A stretch of DNA of 64,000 nt from Octopus sinensis (Eukaryota), in NCBI RefSeq assembly GCF_006345805.1, contig NC_043001.1:42904001-42968000 (forward strand), given 5' to 3'. Numbering within the stretch: position 1 is the stretch's first letter; the number at the start of each line of letters is the position of its first letter. Below are positions 50,905-64,000 of the stretch, one piece after another. A program made the translations under genes and the position numbers. The notes beneath the pieces are model-generated. The model was not told the origin of the DNA, made no database searches, and saw nothing but the letters and a program-made list of their open reading frames with translations.

Positions 50905-52022
50905 CCCTTTCGTTAATATATTTCTGACCAAAATACACCCCTCATGAGTTTCAATTAAATTCTAAAATAATCATGAATCTAGGCTTGTTTCATTAAATAA
51001 CTGTAACTATTTTACTTATCAACATATTAATGTGATATTTGGAACATAATTAAAGAAAGGGTTCTTAATCAATTCTATTACATAACTTTTGTCTCAAAGT
51101 GACTTTAATTACAGGTAAATCCAGATAAATTGAGCAAAAGGTAAAAATATTAAAATTTTAAATTGAGCAAAAAGTAAAAATATTAAAATTTTGTTTAAAC
51201 ATCACCATGAGAAAATGAATCATCAGCTAATATTCAAATGGGTATGCAACAAAATTTTGATAAAGAAGAATTGTACACATCACTATATCATCAGTTGAAT
51301 TTAATGCACAACAGGTGTACCATAAAGGTGGAATAAACTGAAATATTGGAATCCACTGTAAATTTGACCGAACTAAAGAAATCGGTCAAAAAATAATATA
51401 CGGCCCTGGTTATGGTATGGAAATGATAAATTCCAGACTACATCGTTCCCTAGGCTATGCTGACTAACATTATTTTCCCTGTATAAAAACTAAATCCACG
51501 CAGTACCCAGTATTTACTTCACAAATTTACCGAAATTTGAACCCCCATTTTGTGTTTGTTTACAATCTGCGTAAGTTTGTTTCCGCATTGATCGCTTCAA
51601 ACAATAACTTCCAGACCACATCATACCCTAAGCCATGCTGACTAACATAAGTTTCCCTGTATAAAAACTAAATCCACAACAGTACCCAGTATTTGTTTCA
51701 CAAATTTTCCAATTCGGAATCAATGCTTGATAACATGAAACTCCTATCCATTTTCAAAGTTGAAGAAAAATCGATGCCGAAAAAAATGTGGAAAGAAATC
51801 TCCCAAAATTCAGGGAATTAAAATTACACGTCGATCGTTGTACAAAACTGTAGATTAACTGTTTACGAAGCATAATCACGTGTTTTCACGAATGTACTAA
51901 AGAGATTTGCTCTGATATTCTCATTTAAATATGAATAGGTAAATTCGTGCAGGTTTGGGCGGTTTGGTCACATTAACCAAAATTTTTTTCGGGCGGCTTT
52001 GGGCGGTTTGGTAATGAAAGGG
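50905..52022. mobile_element. Non-autonomous piggyBac-like element
   Basis: TTAA TSD (50901-04, 52023-26). TIRs CCCTTTCGTTA / TAATGAAAGGG. Contains internal direct repeats and no transposase ORF. Confidence 0.8.
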
Positions 52023-53055
52023 TTAACATACTTTATAGTCACAAGGCATATTGATGGATTTCAAAGTTGATTATATTATTTGAATTTTGTGAAGGTTATT
52101 AATAGTAGTAGTGAATAATTGCAAATCTGTATGAATCATGTGGTTATTAAAAGGAAGTATTCAGTTGTATTTTAAATTCTTCTAACTTATTATTTTTTAC
52201 TTTTATTGTTTTAAAGTCTTTTTAGGTTAAATTATATATAAAAGGTTGGCGAAGGTAAAGATCATGGACTGCACCCCTTTTGCGATTATTTTGTTTTCTT
52301 TTTTACAGGAACACACTATATCGAGGGCAGAGATTCTGAATCTGTAAAAAAATCTGTTTTTCAAAATTTAAATCCTCCCTTCGCCCCTCCCCTCATCCCA
52401 CCCCACTCACCTAAATTTCTAAAATTTTCACTTTTTAAAAAAAAATTTAGGGGCAAAATACATAGAAAAATATGGAGATTATGATTCTGAAAAAAAATAA
52501 ATTCTGTAAAATTTCAATTTTTCAAAAACAAAACAAAATGAAATAAGCAACCCCCGTCCCCTCCGCTCTATGACAAGAAGTAAAATTAAAATGCTTTCTC
52601 TACCAATGTTTCATGAACATGTTGTGGTTGAGGGTCTTTTGGAATTAAGAAAACATTGTTTGTGTAAGCAATTAAAACTTCTTTCTTATCTAGTGTTAAC
52701 TAATTTATTTTCTGAAGTAAATATCTGGTATAATTCCTCCAGACATAAATTGCATCTTTTGTCCCGAATCTTATAAGGTTTCACAGTACTAATATTTTTC
52801 CATACTTGATATTTTCATTCTTCAGCAACCATATGAGTTTACTAAGACCTGTTGAAAATTTTCTAGTATTATTTTAAAACAAACTTTCATGGCTTGCTAT
52901 TCTTTGTTTTATAAAGCATGAACTAGCACCTATATTGCAATATTTATTTCTATCAGTTATCACTACACATCTTGGCATTGTTCTGGCCTTACCCATGACC
53001 CTTTATGCAATATATACTACACAATGCATCACAGTAACTATTCCATTATAATGTC

Positions 53056-53059
<4 letters not shown>

Positions 53060-53129
<70 letters not shown>

Positions 53130-53253
53130 GTATGTACACACACACATATATAATATGTGTGCTTTTATGTGTGTGTGTGTATGTATCATCATCATCATTT
53201 ATTGTCTGCTTTCCATGCTGCCATGGGTTGGACTAATATAATATCTGTGTGTG

Positions 53254-53300
<47 letters not shown>

Positions 53301-53310
53301 ACACACACAC
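53060..53310. repeat. Compound (TA)n/(CA)n/(TG)n microsatellite
   Basis: Directly visible. Confidence 0.9.
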
Positions 53311-53330
53311 AATATGTATTAGTCTTATGT

Positions 53331-53661
53331 GAAGGCGCATGGCTCAGTGGTTAGAGCGTCGAGCTTACGATTGGGAGGTTTTGTGTTCGAATCCCCGACC
53401 TTGCTGCATGTTGTGTTCTTGAGCAAGACACTTTATTTCACGTTGCTGCAATTCCCTCAGCTGTAGAAATGAGTTGCGATGTCACAGGTGCCGAGCTGTA
53501 TCGGCCTTTGCCTTTCCTTTGGATAACACTGGTGGCGTGAAGAGAGGCCGGTATGCATGGGCGACTGCTGGTCTTCCATAAACAACCTTGTCCGGACTTG
53601 TGCCTGGGAGGGTAACTTTCTAGGTGCAATCCCATGGTCAGTCATGACCGAAGGGGGTCTC
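53331..53661 (+). mobile_element. tRNA-derived SINE (family A), well-preserved copy
   Basis: A box TGGCTCAGTGG, B box GTTCGAATCC; body shared with 3133-3467. Confidence 0.9.
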
Positions 53662-54027
53662 AGCAGATTAGTCTTATATATATATATATGTAATAAAATA
53701 TAGTCACATGCATTGCTGTGTGATTGATATGCTTGCTATTCAGCCACATGGTTGTGGGTTCAGTCCCTATCTGTAGCACCTCATGCAAGTGTCTTCTAAT
53801 ATAGCCCTGGGCCAACCAAATTCTTGTGAGCGGATTTGGTAGATGTAAATTGAAAGAAATCTGATATGTGTGTATGTGTCTATCCTTGTCTTGACACTGC
53901 ATGATAAATGAGTCATTGTCACACAAGTAATGTCATTTATTTTCAATATTCTTTGTAAACATGTTTGATTATGATGAAATATGACCTTGCTTGGAAACAG
54001 TTAAGAGATAGTAACAGGAAGGTCATC

Positions 54028-54074
<47 letters not shown>

Positions 54075-54093
54075 CACACACAAATATAATATA

Positions 54094-54445
54094 CAAGATC
54101 TGATATCAGTAAGTATCCGGACTAATGCATGCATAGTGAAACTGCTTGGCACAGATTGATCTTGAACTTTGCTGTGCATATGCGCTAAGTTTTAATTTTC
54201 TAGCTTACTTCCACTGTTTACAGCAATTCTTGGTAGGAAGGTGTGTAGCATGTAATCATTGCATTGACCATGACAGAAAAGTTGTCATGGTGATACCTGC
54301 TTGGAGGTCTACCACAAAGTTGCAGAAAATATATGGGGAGGAGTGTATGAACTGCATACAAGTGTATGAGTGGTTCAGACGTTTCCTAGATGGCCAGCAG
54401 AGTGTCAATATTGATGAACATTCTCGGAGGCCCACAACCAGCAGC
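54094..54445 (+). mobile_element. 5' fragment of a mariner (TIR plus N-terminal HTH)
   Basis: TA followed by TIR-like CAAGATCTGATATCAGTAAGTATCCGGACT. Translation KLQKIYGEECMNCIQVYEWFRRFLDGQQSVNIDEHSRRP is typical of the mariner N-terminus. Confidence 0.75.
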
Positions 54446-54474
54446 TGTGAGAAGAAATTATTGAATCACCATCC

Positions 54475-54511
<37 letters not shown>

Positions 54512-54769
54512 TATATATATATATATATACACACACATACGTATAAATATATATATATTTATATGTATATACACAAAATATATGTATATACATGGTGCAA
54601 TGGTTAGATTATTTTATATTTTGAATTTTTATATTTTTATATTTTTTATATTTTGAATTTTGCACATGCTCATTGTTTGTTTTTGATTTTGCCGACTACA
54701 CAGTATAGTAGGGTCAGTTCGGCACTGTCTATGAGAAAAACAGCACCATGATGCAATTCACTCTGCCAG

Positions 54770-55283
54770 GAATTTGGCAATGTGTTGTGCTTGAGAGGGC
54801 CCGTGAAGACAAGTGCGCCCATGCTGGTAGCACATAAAGAATATCTTTTGGGCCACATGGAATCAAAGCTGGCTCAGATCCTTTCAAGCATTGGGTCTGA
54901 TGGAAGCAAGGTGGCTGATTTCCTTTTGAGTGTTGGGCCTCATGGAGGCATTGACTAGGACTTTTGGCATTATGTCGTACTTGAGAAAAAGACCCATAAA
55001 GTCAAGAAAAGTCACAGTCATGGCAGATACCATTGTCACACAAATCGGCACCCATGCCAGTAGCATGTAAACATACCCCGGTGTAACACAAATGGCACCT
55101 GTGCCAGTGGTGCATAAAAGCACCCATTACACTCTCAGAGTGGTTGGTGTTAGGAAGTGTATCCAGCCCTAGAAAACCATGCCAAATCAAACTGGAGTCT
55201 GGTGCAGCCTTCCAGCATGCCAGCTGAATCAAACCATCCAACCCATGCCAGCATGGACAACAGACGTTAAATGATGATGATAT
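54770..55283 (+). mobile_element. RTE 3' fragment
   Basis: Same layout as 21583-22000 in the opposite orientation. Ends GACGTTAAATGATGATGAT. Confidence 0.8.
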
Positions 55284-58200
55284 TAATGTTCGTGTGTGTG
55301 ATGTGTGTTTATATTGATATAGTGTATATCATTTTAGTTTTGGGATACATCTTGTGGATGCTCTAGGATGCATCAACAGTGGTGTTTCTGGAGTTTTAGG
55401 GGTTTAGGTTATTTCACATCAGACCCTGCTCACCCAGTTGACCCAGCCTAAGCTTCTAACCCAGTAGCAATGAACCTCTGTTCTGCCTTCTTTATCTAGA
55501 GAGAGAGGGGGTGGGAAAGAGAGAGAAAGATGGAGAGACAGACACACACACACACACATGTACATAGATATATAAAGTGTATACATATGCATATTTGTGT
55601 GCATGAGTATTATTTAATGTAAATTAAATTTAATTTGTTGTAATATATATATATTCCCAATCCAGTATAAATATTCCTTACAAACATTATCCATTCATCC
55701 TAGCTACCTGCGTCCTAAATGCAGTAGATCCATAGTTTCTGCAATTTGATCTGATGAATGGAGATGTTGAGATGCAGAAAGTTGTAATTTTTGGTTGAAG
55801 AAAAGCATAAAATTCTTTTAGCTGGTATGAAAATTCTATTGATATACAAAATATAATCATAAAAGAAATGATGTTTAATGCAGTGATACATATGTACATA
55901 CATACACACACATACATATGTATGTACATGTATATGTATGTGTATGCGTATGTACAGTAGTGGAAATCAGTTGCCCAGTGGATGCCAGCATAAAGCTAAG
56001 GCTCTGTGTGAAAGAAAACACCTACACTGAACTATTGAGAGATTTACAGTTACTCCACCTAGCTTACAAGTTCAGTTTTATACCTGTAATTATTGAAGCC
56101 CTGAGACATGTAACTAACTGCCTAAGCACCAGTCTTGAGAAATTAGGTTTCTCAAAAGGAGAAAGCTAATTAGGAGATTACAAATTCAATCCATCAATGG
56201 AACTGTAAGAATTTGTAAAACTTTCCAGAAGTTTATTATTTAAGTATATATATGTGCATGTCTTCACATCTATATGCATGAGAATACATACATAAAACAA
56301 AACATGCAAATCTGCATATGTATTAACTCCAAATACTACCCACATGCTCATTAACATGCACAAATACATTGTTGATGTTGTTGAAATTCCGATGAATGAA
56401 CCTTAGATCTAGGTTAGAAACTGACTCTTTCTTGATTGGCAAGAAATCTTGAAATGAAACTGAATAATTACATAAATACATACATACATACACACCACAC
56501 ACACACACACACACACACAAACACATACATAAATACTTACATACATACAAATCTGATATATGCGAAGACATAGTAACATAAAAAAGTAAAATTTTGTTTG
56601 TGTCAACTATTGAAATAGTTGAATTTCTGTAGTTTATTCAAAAAGTTCTTTGGTTGAATCAATCAGTTCATCTCACTTCTAGTCTCTTCTTCGTATTCCT
56701 GTTACAAAGAAATTCTTCATATGCCCTGTTGGTTCTCGCTACAGTTGCATAAGGTGTTGAAGATAAAATAGGATGAAGTTGCTAAAAATAGGACACAAGT
56801 GAGTCCAAAATTTCTGTTTTTAGGATCATCATCATCATTTAACATCCACTTACAAACAATTCAGAAAGTTATTTTCTAAAATCTGTAATAACTTGGAAAT
56901 TTATTTCGTTTTGGAAGATATAAATTATCTTCAAGATTATTTAGTTGATGATTATTTCAGAATTTTCCTTCAATGTTCAGTGACAATATTTTTCTACACT
57001 ATACTACATACAAGGGTGAGTCACAAAAAAATGCAATTTTTATTTGCATTACTTTCTGGTTTACCCTTGTAAAATGTTGAAGGCTGTGTGCATAAACATT
57101 TAAAATGTGAAAACACATGTACAATAAAAAAAAAATTGTAATTTCAAGAAAAATATTAATCATTGCCATAAAATAGATGCTGTAATATATTTGAATACTT
57201 TATCCAGCTGATATTTTTGATGCTGCAGTAAATACCTTCAGCCCTTCAAACAAGCATATTTATTGCTCAAGATATCATAAATTAATGGGTTTTGTTGTAT
57301 AGAAAGCATTTTTAATGTATTACTGAATGCTGCAACTTTTACTAGAGCATTATGGAACTTTTCCAACTTTTAATCTCACCTTTTCTTTTTGTATTTACTC
57401 TATATTTTATTTATACTGTTTTCTAGTTATCTTTCCCGCCACATATCACACACATACAGGCTCATGCCACACATACATTCAAAACCACATACTTACTTGT
57501 ATGTAGATTTTTACTCTATACATCTATATTTTGGTAGGGATTGAAATGATAATTTTATTTCTAATGTAGTGTTGACATTTTAAACATTTGAAATAAAGGA
57601 CTTGATTTTAGTCCTACCTAAATGATATAAAGTCTCCATGAAAACAAATTTTTAAATAATTTTGACTCAACCTTCAGTGTTGAAGACATTAGTAAATGTC
57701 TGTTTATTGATGTATGACAATAATAGAAGTATCCATAGAGTTTAGTATCATTAGAAACAGAAGAGATACTATCGTGAAATAGGGACTAAAATTCACATAA
57801 TACAATAATACCTCAATATACGAGTTAATTTGTTCCCAGAGACTGCTTGTAAAGTGAAAACTTGTAAAACAGAGCAATCATTTCCCATAGTAGCAATGAA
57901 ATTTTATGCTGTCATTTTACTCCATCGCTATATGCAGCTGGGTAGATGCGTCAGAACCAGTGTTGCGACGTTTTGCAACATTGCTACATGCACAAAATGG
58001 TTGTTTAACCTTTTTATATTTATTATAAAATAAAACTCTTAAACCCAGGGTCTTGTAAAGCAGGTCCTCGTAAGGTGAGGTTTTACTGTACAAAACTTTT
58101 TTAAAAATAAATTAATTCACTACTTTGGCTTTAATAATCATCCTTAATCTGAAACTTATACATTTGAAACAAGAAGCAAAGTTTTAACAATTATCAAAAC

Positions 58201-59227
58201 TATTATCATAACATATGCAGAGATGCACAGCATAACAAGAATGCCTAGGATACTGTGTTCAAATCCTGCAATAAATTGTTTATCACAAAAGTTCATGTCA
58301 AATGTTAATCTGTGACTGAAAAAACATACATAAAAAGGCTTTCTAGAAAATATAATTACCTTATTCTGGCAGCTGCTGAGATGCTATTTAGCAAATGAAG
58401 CTGCCATTTATATAACCCTAACTGGTAGATGATACTACTTCAATAAAGATTGTTATATTTTACACACTGTATAGAGTAAACTACACCAATGTGATATGTT
58501 TACTATTTGCTGATCAGGCAGTTTTACAGCATATTCTATCAGGATCAGTGATTTGATTATTGAATTGGTAGATTATTATAGATGTTCTTTAGTAGGTGAG
58601 TTATATATTCAGTCATTCTACCCATATAATTGATCTAGTTATAATAGTGATATAATTGCTTAACTAAAGAATCCAAAATAACTGTCTCTTGTATTCTTAC
58701 TTTTTAACCAAGTTCTATTCATAATCTCATGATATCCATTCCATTCCAAGATTTGCAAAACCTCCTAATATTGACCATTGATATATCATCTTCAGTATTT
58801 CATGAAGTTAATTAGCAAATAAACCACATAGTCCATCTTATTGTGATTGTATATTCATTATTGTTAGAAGTATTCTATTTTCTATTTGTTTACATATGTT
58901 AGGGTATTTGTTGGTGTTTACACAAGAATACACACTTATTGATTCATGTGTAGAGGTATCAAATATTGAATAATTCAATTAAAGGATATCTTATAAGTGT
59001 TGCAGAATGTTGCATGTTAGTAATTACATTGTCAATATGTAATGGTGAATTAAATAACTATATTTGATGGTTAACCAATTCAATGATACGGTAATGTTCA
59101 TTATCCATTGATAAATCATTTACTGATATTAACTACAATCTACAATGTCACTTATCTGAAATAGCCTTATCTAATAATAAATGAGCATTATTGGGATTTT
59201 TTTCTACTATTTAGTCTTTAAAAAATA

Positions 59228-59447
59228 CAGTAATCCCATGACTATTGGGAGTATTCCATTCCAAATCCTCCTGTGATAGGTGAAAATCCATGAAGTAGAA
59301 ACAGTACTGTACTGTATATTTTTAAAAACTATTTTTATAATTTGTATATATTTATTTTATAAATGCAAGACAACACCATGGCGGAATCTACGTAAGCTTA
59401 AATAATAAATTGTGATAGGTGAACCGTGATATGATGAGGGATTACTG
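59228..59447. mobile_element. Tigger-like MITE
   Basis: TA TSD. TIRs CAGTAATCCC... / ...GGGATTACTG. 220 bp. Confidence 0.75.
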
Positions 59448-60092
59448 TATACCATCATTTTTATAAAAATATTTTATATATTATTTCTAGTTTAGGCACA
59501 AGGTCTGAAATTTGTGGAGAGGAGAATTTTTGATGCCATAAACACCAGTACTTGACTGGTACTATATTTTAATCAACTTATGTTTTAATCAATATATGGA
59601 AATTTAAAGCAAAATTCTTTGAATAAACTGTATATAGAAGCAGGAAGCTGGTAGATACTGTAGAATATTAGAATATTAGACTAATGCATTTTTGTGTTTA
59701 ATCATTTTTATATCAGAAATTAAGTTTTTATATTTCATCTATCTTTGATAGATGAGATAAGTGCCTGTGAAATATTGAAGTTGCTGTTGTTAATTAATCC
59801 TATGTCAATCCTGATCAAATACAGTTATGATTAAAAATGTTCCAGCATGACCATCCTGATTTTTTTACCCTGTTAATCTACTTTTAAGATATCCATTAAG
59901 ACAAATATATTCATATTTTCTAAATATGCTCTGATATGTTCTGTGTGGTAAGAAGCTTGCTTCCCAACCACATGGTTCCAGGTTCAGTTACACTGTGTGA
60001 CACCTTAAGGAAGTGTCTTCTACTATAGCCTTGGAATGACTAAAGCCTTCTGAGTGGATTTGGTAGACAGAAATACTGAAAGAAGCCCGTTT

Positions 60093-60160
60093 TATATATG
60101 TGTGTGTGTGTGTGTATGTGTGTGTATATATGTGTGTATACATATATATGTACATATATA

Positions 60161-60203
<43 letters not shown>

Positions 60204-60328
60204 GTGTATATATATATGTATATATGTATATATATATATATATGTGTGTGTATATATATATATGTGTATATATATATATGAGTGTCTATATATATAAATG
60301 TATATATGTGTGTGTGTATATGTATATA

Positions 60329-60359
<31 letters not shown>

Positions 60360-60391
60360 GGTGTGTGTGTGTGTGTGTGTGTGTATATTTA

Positions 60392-60427
<36 letters not shown>

Positions 60428-60436
60428 GTATATATG

Positions 60437-60467
<31 letters not shown>

Positions 60468-60590
60468 TATATATTATATATATATATATATATTATATAT
60501 GTATATATATATGTGTATATATGTGTCTGTATATATATATATGGTTATATATATATATATGTGTTGTATATATATATGTGTTGTATATAT

Positions 60591-60626
<36 letters not shown>

Positions 60627-60780
60627 GAAACTGACTTATTGGAAGTCCACCTGAAGATTGTCGATCAAGACAAGAAACGATGTAGTGGCGGTTTTTTTGA
60701 CTATTTATTAAAAGTTTATGTATTGATAAGTCTTTCCTTGTTTGTTTTGCAAAATAGTGGTTTTGTCTCTAATAATATTT

Positions 60781-60843
<63 letters not shown>

Positions 60844-60862
60844 ATATGTATATATATATATG

Positions 60863-60925
<63 letters not shown>

Positions 60926-61091
60926 GTGTATATATGTGTCTGTATATATATATATGTTTATATATATATATGTGTCTGTATATATATATGTGTATATATA
61001 ATATATGTGTATATGTATATATGTGTATATATATGTATATATATGTATATATATATGTGTATATATGTATATATGTGTATATATATATATA

Positions 61092-61123
<32 letters not shown>

Positions 61124-61198
61124 TTATATATATTTACATATATATATATTTACACACACACAAATATATATATATATATTTAAGTAAATATTTGTGTG
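60093..61198. repeat. ~1.1-kb compound (TA)n/(TG)n microsatellite split by a non-repetitive island (60625-60778)
   Basis: Directly visible. Confidence 0.95.
60647..60688 (+). ncRNA. Minimal type I hammerhead ribozyme motif (Penelope/retrozyme-like)
   Basis: Stem I CCAC(60647-50)/GTGG(60685-88); core CTGAAGA(60651-57); stem II TTGTC/GACAA with a 6-nt loop; GAAA(60674-77); minimal stem III C-G around GAT; cleavage triplet GTA(60682-84). Confidence 0.6.
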
Positions 61199-63601
61199 TG
61201 TGTTTGTCCTCCACCGTCACTTGACAACTGATATTGGTTTGGTAAGAGACCAATAGAATAAGTACTAGGCTTACAAAGGTCAATTTATTTGACTAAAGAT
61301 GGTGCTTCAGCATGGCTGCAGTCAAATGACTGAAACAAGTAAAAGAATAAAAGAATATAAAATTGTTCACTCTAAAGACACATGGTCTGCCTCATCGTTT
61401 ATGCCACTAGTGAGTTTGTGTAATGGAATGTACATATTTTAAATTTCCAAATGTATGTGTTGTTTATTTGAAGCAGGATATCAACTTTTATTGCACATTT
61501 TGTGCAATTTTATTTATTATCATGTTTATTGTAGTTATTCTAAATAAAATACTTAAAGTGATGTTATTGACAGACTCCCATATTAAATTCTCATCTTGGA
61601 AGGTATAAATAAATGTTATATATATATATTTATGATTTAAAGACTGAAAGGAAAGTTATTTCAGTCAGGGTTCAAAAAGTGTAAATCATTAGCCCAAATG
61701 GTCAGCAGTCCAGATCTTTTCATTGCTGTACTGTGTCTCTAGATAAAGAAAAGAAACTTAATTCTCTCTGGTACAATCCACCTGCTGTGTGTGGGCACTC
61801 TGGTGAGGTACAGTCCATTGTTCTAAATTGTATGAGAGCCATGTAATTGACTGCCAGTTCATTAGATTTCAGAAATGAGAATACATATTCTGGTATGTAT
61901 TGTTTTGTGAGGGGTAGGACTTATCAGGTTAACATGCTTTAAATATACATGTCTTATGGGAACGAACATTTATTTGGTTGAATAACATTTTTAATTAAAC
62001 CGTTGTTTTTAATTAAAGCATTGCAAAATTTACAGAGAGTATAAAGAAATAGTTTGCTGAAGATTTTAAAAGTATGATTTAAAGGCTATGCTGTACAATG
62101 AACAGAATGATGTCTCTCACTGCAACATCTGTGAGATAAAACAAGCACTACAATACACGTACAAGCAAACAAGAAATCAAAATACTTTACTTTTAGTTTC
62201 AGATTAAGCAGATATTACCTCATATATACATTAAATGTTGTTACATCACTGGATAAAATGTGAATACTTGTGGTCGATTGCTGTGGAAAAAGTCTTTGTT
62301 TTAACTGAAGTTGAGTTTGATAATAAATAAAAAGTAACTTACTGATTGAAGGTGGAGAGATTCAAAGATCAAACTGCAATAATTGTTACTTTTCTGTTGC
62401 AATATTGCAGCAACTTTCCTTTTTTCCCCTATATTATGTGGGAGCCTTTAATGAAAGTTTCAACATAGCTGATATTTATATACATCTGCATCAGCATACG
62501 CCTTCAGTATGGATTAGATCTATTATACCCGCCCCCTCTATAAGTCTTGCAGACATGTGGTGATATATTTCATTTTCTCTTCATTTGTCCCCACCTCTTG
62601 TGACTACTTGTGCAATGACAAATAAGTTAATTTCTTTTGAACAATATCCAGCAGCATTAACAGCAACATTTTCCAAGCTAGCCTTACCACAATGATAGAA
62701 ACAGTGCCAATCATACAATTCCCTCCTCTATACCTTCTGTCCCTCCTCTTTCTTTGGATGAAGCATCAATTTGCTCTTCTTTTTCTCCTCCTGCACATTT
62801 ATCTGTGATTTTTAATCTTCCTCCATCTTTCTCTCACTTCCCAAACACTTCCCACTTCTTACAATACATTCCTTCCTCATATTACTTCTACTCTATAAAT
62901 ATATAGATCATATGATTTTTACATCTTGTTTTTTTTTTCTTGACTCACAACTTGTAATTCTTGCAAAAGTTGCTCAGGGTCATTAAGATAAAAATGCGGG
63001 TTGTATTGTTTTTATGTGGTAACACACAATATGTTTATGTTAGGCACTTATATCCAAGCACCCTAAACTTAAATATTTAATTTTACATGCTTAACCTAAT
63101 ATATGTACTCAAATAATTGTTGATGCACACTTATACATCAATTTATACACCTACATTGCTTATATACACATAGAAACACATGTACATATCCACTAATATC
63201 TAATGAATTTTTATATAGCCACCTATCTGTATAAACATATGCTCCTGTTTTAAAAAAATTACTTAAGAAGCAATAGTAATAAAAATTAGCATACTTTTAT
63301 GTTTAATAGTATCTAATGATTTGATATATGCAATAATCTATCTGATACTGGTTTATAAGTATGTAACTATACAGTCTCCTTATTAGAAACTTGCAAATTT
63401 GAAAAGACACTCTAACAACATTTTTAAATAAAAGAAAAATACTCTTCCTTAAGACTAAAACAGTAATTTAAAATAAGATGCTCCCAATGGATTTATAAAA
63501 TTAAAGATACATTAATTTTCTGAGCATAGAAGCACACATTCATGTTCCCCTTGTACTAAAATGTTTCCCCATCCCTAGTTTAAAGTATGGGTAGTGTAAG
63601 T

Positions 63602-64000
63602 TCATCATCATCATCAACATTTAATGTCCGTTTTCCATGCTGGCATGGTTTGGATGGGAAGCCAGGAGGCTGCACCAGGCTTCAATTTGATCTGGCAATG
63701 TTTCTACAGCTGGATGCCCTTCTTAACACCAACCACTCCTAGAGTGTAGTGGGTACTTTTTATGTGCCACCGGCACAGGGGCCAGAGGGGGCTGGCATAG
63801 ACCATATTTGGATGGAGTCAGTTGGGGGATGGTGCTTTTTATGTGCCATCGGCATGGGGAGCCAGACAGGCAGTGCTGGTATCAGCCACAGCTACAACTT
63901 CCATTTAATTGTGGTTTGATTTGATTTTGATGTTGATGATGTACTTGACTCAATAGGTCTCCTCAAGCATGGCATGTCGCCCTACGATCCATAGGTACTT
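63602..64000 (-). mobile_element. RTE 3' fragment running off the window
   Basis: (CAT)n tail followed by TTTAATGTCCGTTTTCCATGCTGGCATGG and CTACAGCTGGATGCCCT. Confidence 0.8.

Larger units (their letters stand above)
59935..61358 (+). mobile_element. SINE family C copy expanded by a ~1.1-kb internal microsatellite
   Basis: Head at 59935-60090 and tail at ~61200-61358, in the correct order and orientation around the array. Confidence 0.7.

Noticed and set aside
52250-52570. Possible DNA-transposon end or exon (ttttacAG at ~52318)
   Set aside because: No matching second terminus and no good donor; cannot classify.
59988-61224. Many long ORFs rich in YI/CV/HT (also near 556-972, 14152-14444, 42399-42638, 50411-50762)
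   Set aside because: These are translations of (TA)n/(TG)n microsatellites, which lack stop codons; there is no protein signal.
61772-61780. TAC AAT CCA (YNP) as the start of the SELENOS last exon
   Set aside because: No AG acceptor two bases upstream, and the following frame has no Gly-rich GGUG end.

Overview
AT-rich, microsatellite- and transposon-dense eukaryotic DNA. The repeat content (tRNA-derived SINEs, RTE LINEs with (ATG)n tails, (TA)n/(TG)n arrays) looks like a coleoid cephalopod, probably Octopus; this is an inference. Two host genes are supported. (1) Two + strand exons of selenoprotein S (SELENOS/VIMP) at 4295-4401 and 26039-26101, separated by a 21,637-bp intron. I could not find the upstream transmembrane exon or the terminal YNPL...GGUG/SECIS exon in the window. 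(2) A - strand, single-coding-exon neuropeptide precursor at 43701-44039 (signal peptide, KR site, WIWMPxxGYVxVP...ILRY-G-stop) matching the NKY-2 family. If the missing SELENOS 3' exons lie beyond the window, this gene is nested antisense inside a SELENOS intron. The rest is mostly mobile DNA: a full-length DD34D mariner, two degraded mariners, hAT, piggyBac-like, Tc2/Tigger-like and long-TIR MITEs, a non-autonomous Helitron, RTE, CR1, HERO-like and R4-like LINE remnants, Penelope GIY-YIG fragments and several SINE families. A minimal hammerhead-ribozyme motif (60647-60688) sits in an island inside a ~1.1-kb microsatellite. All homology calls are by eye and from recalled family motifs, with no database searches. 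Boundaries of degraded repeats are approximate.
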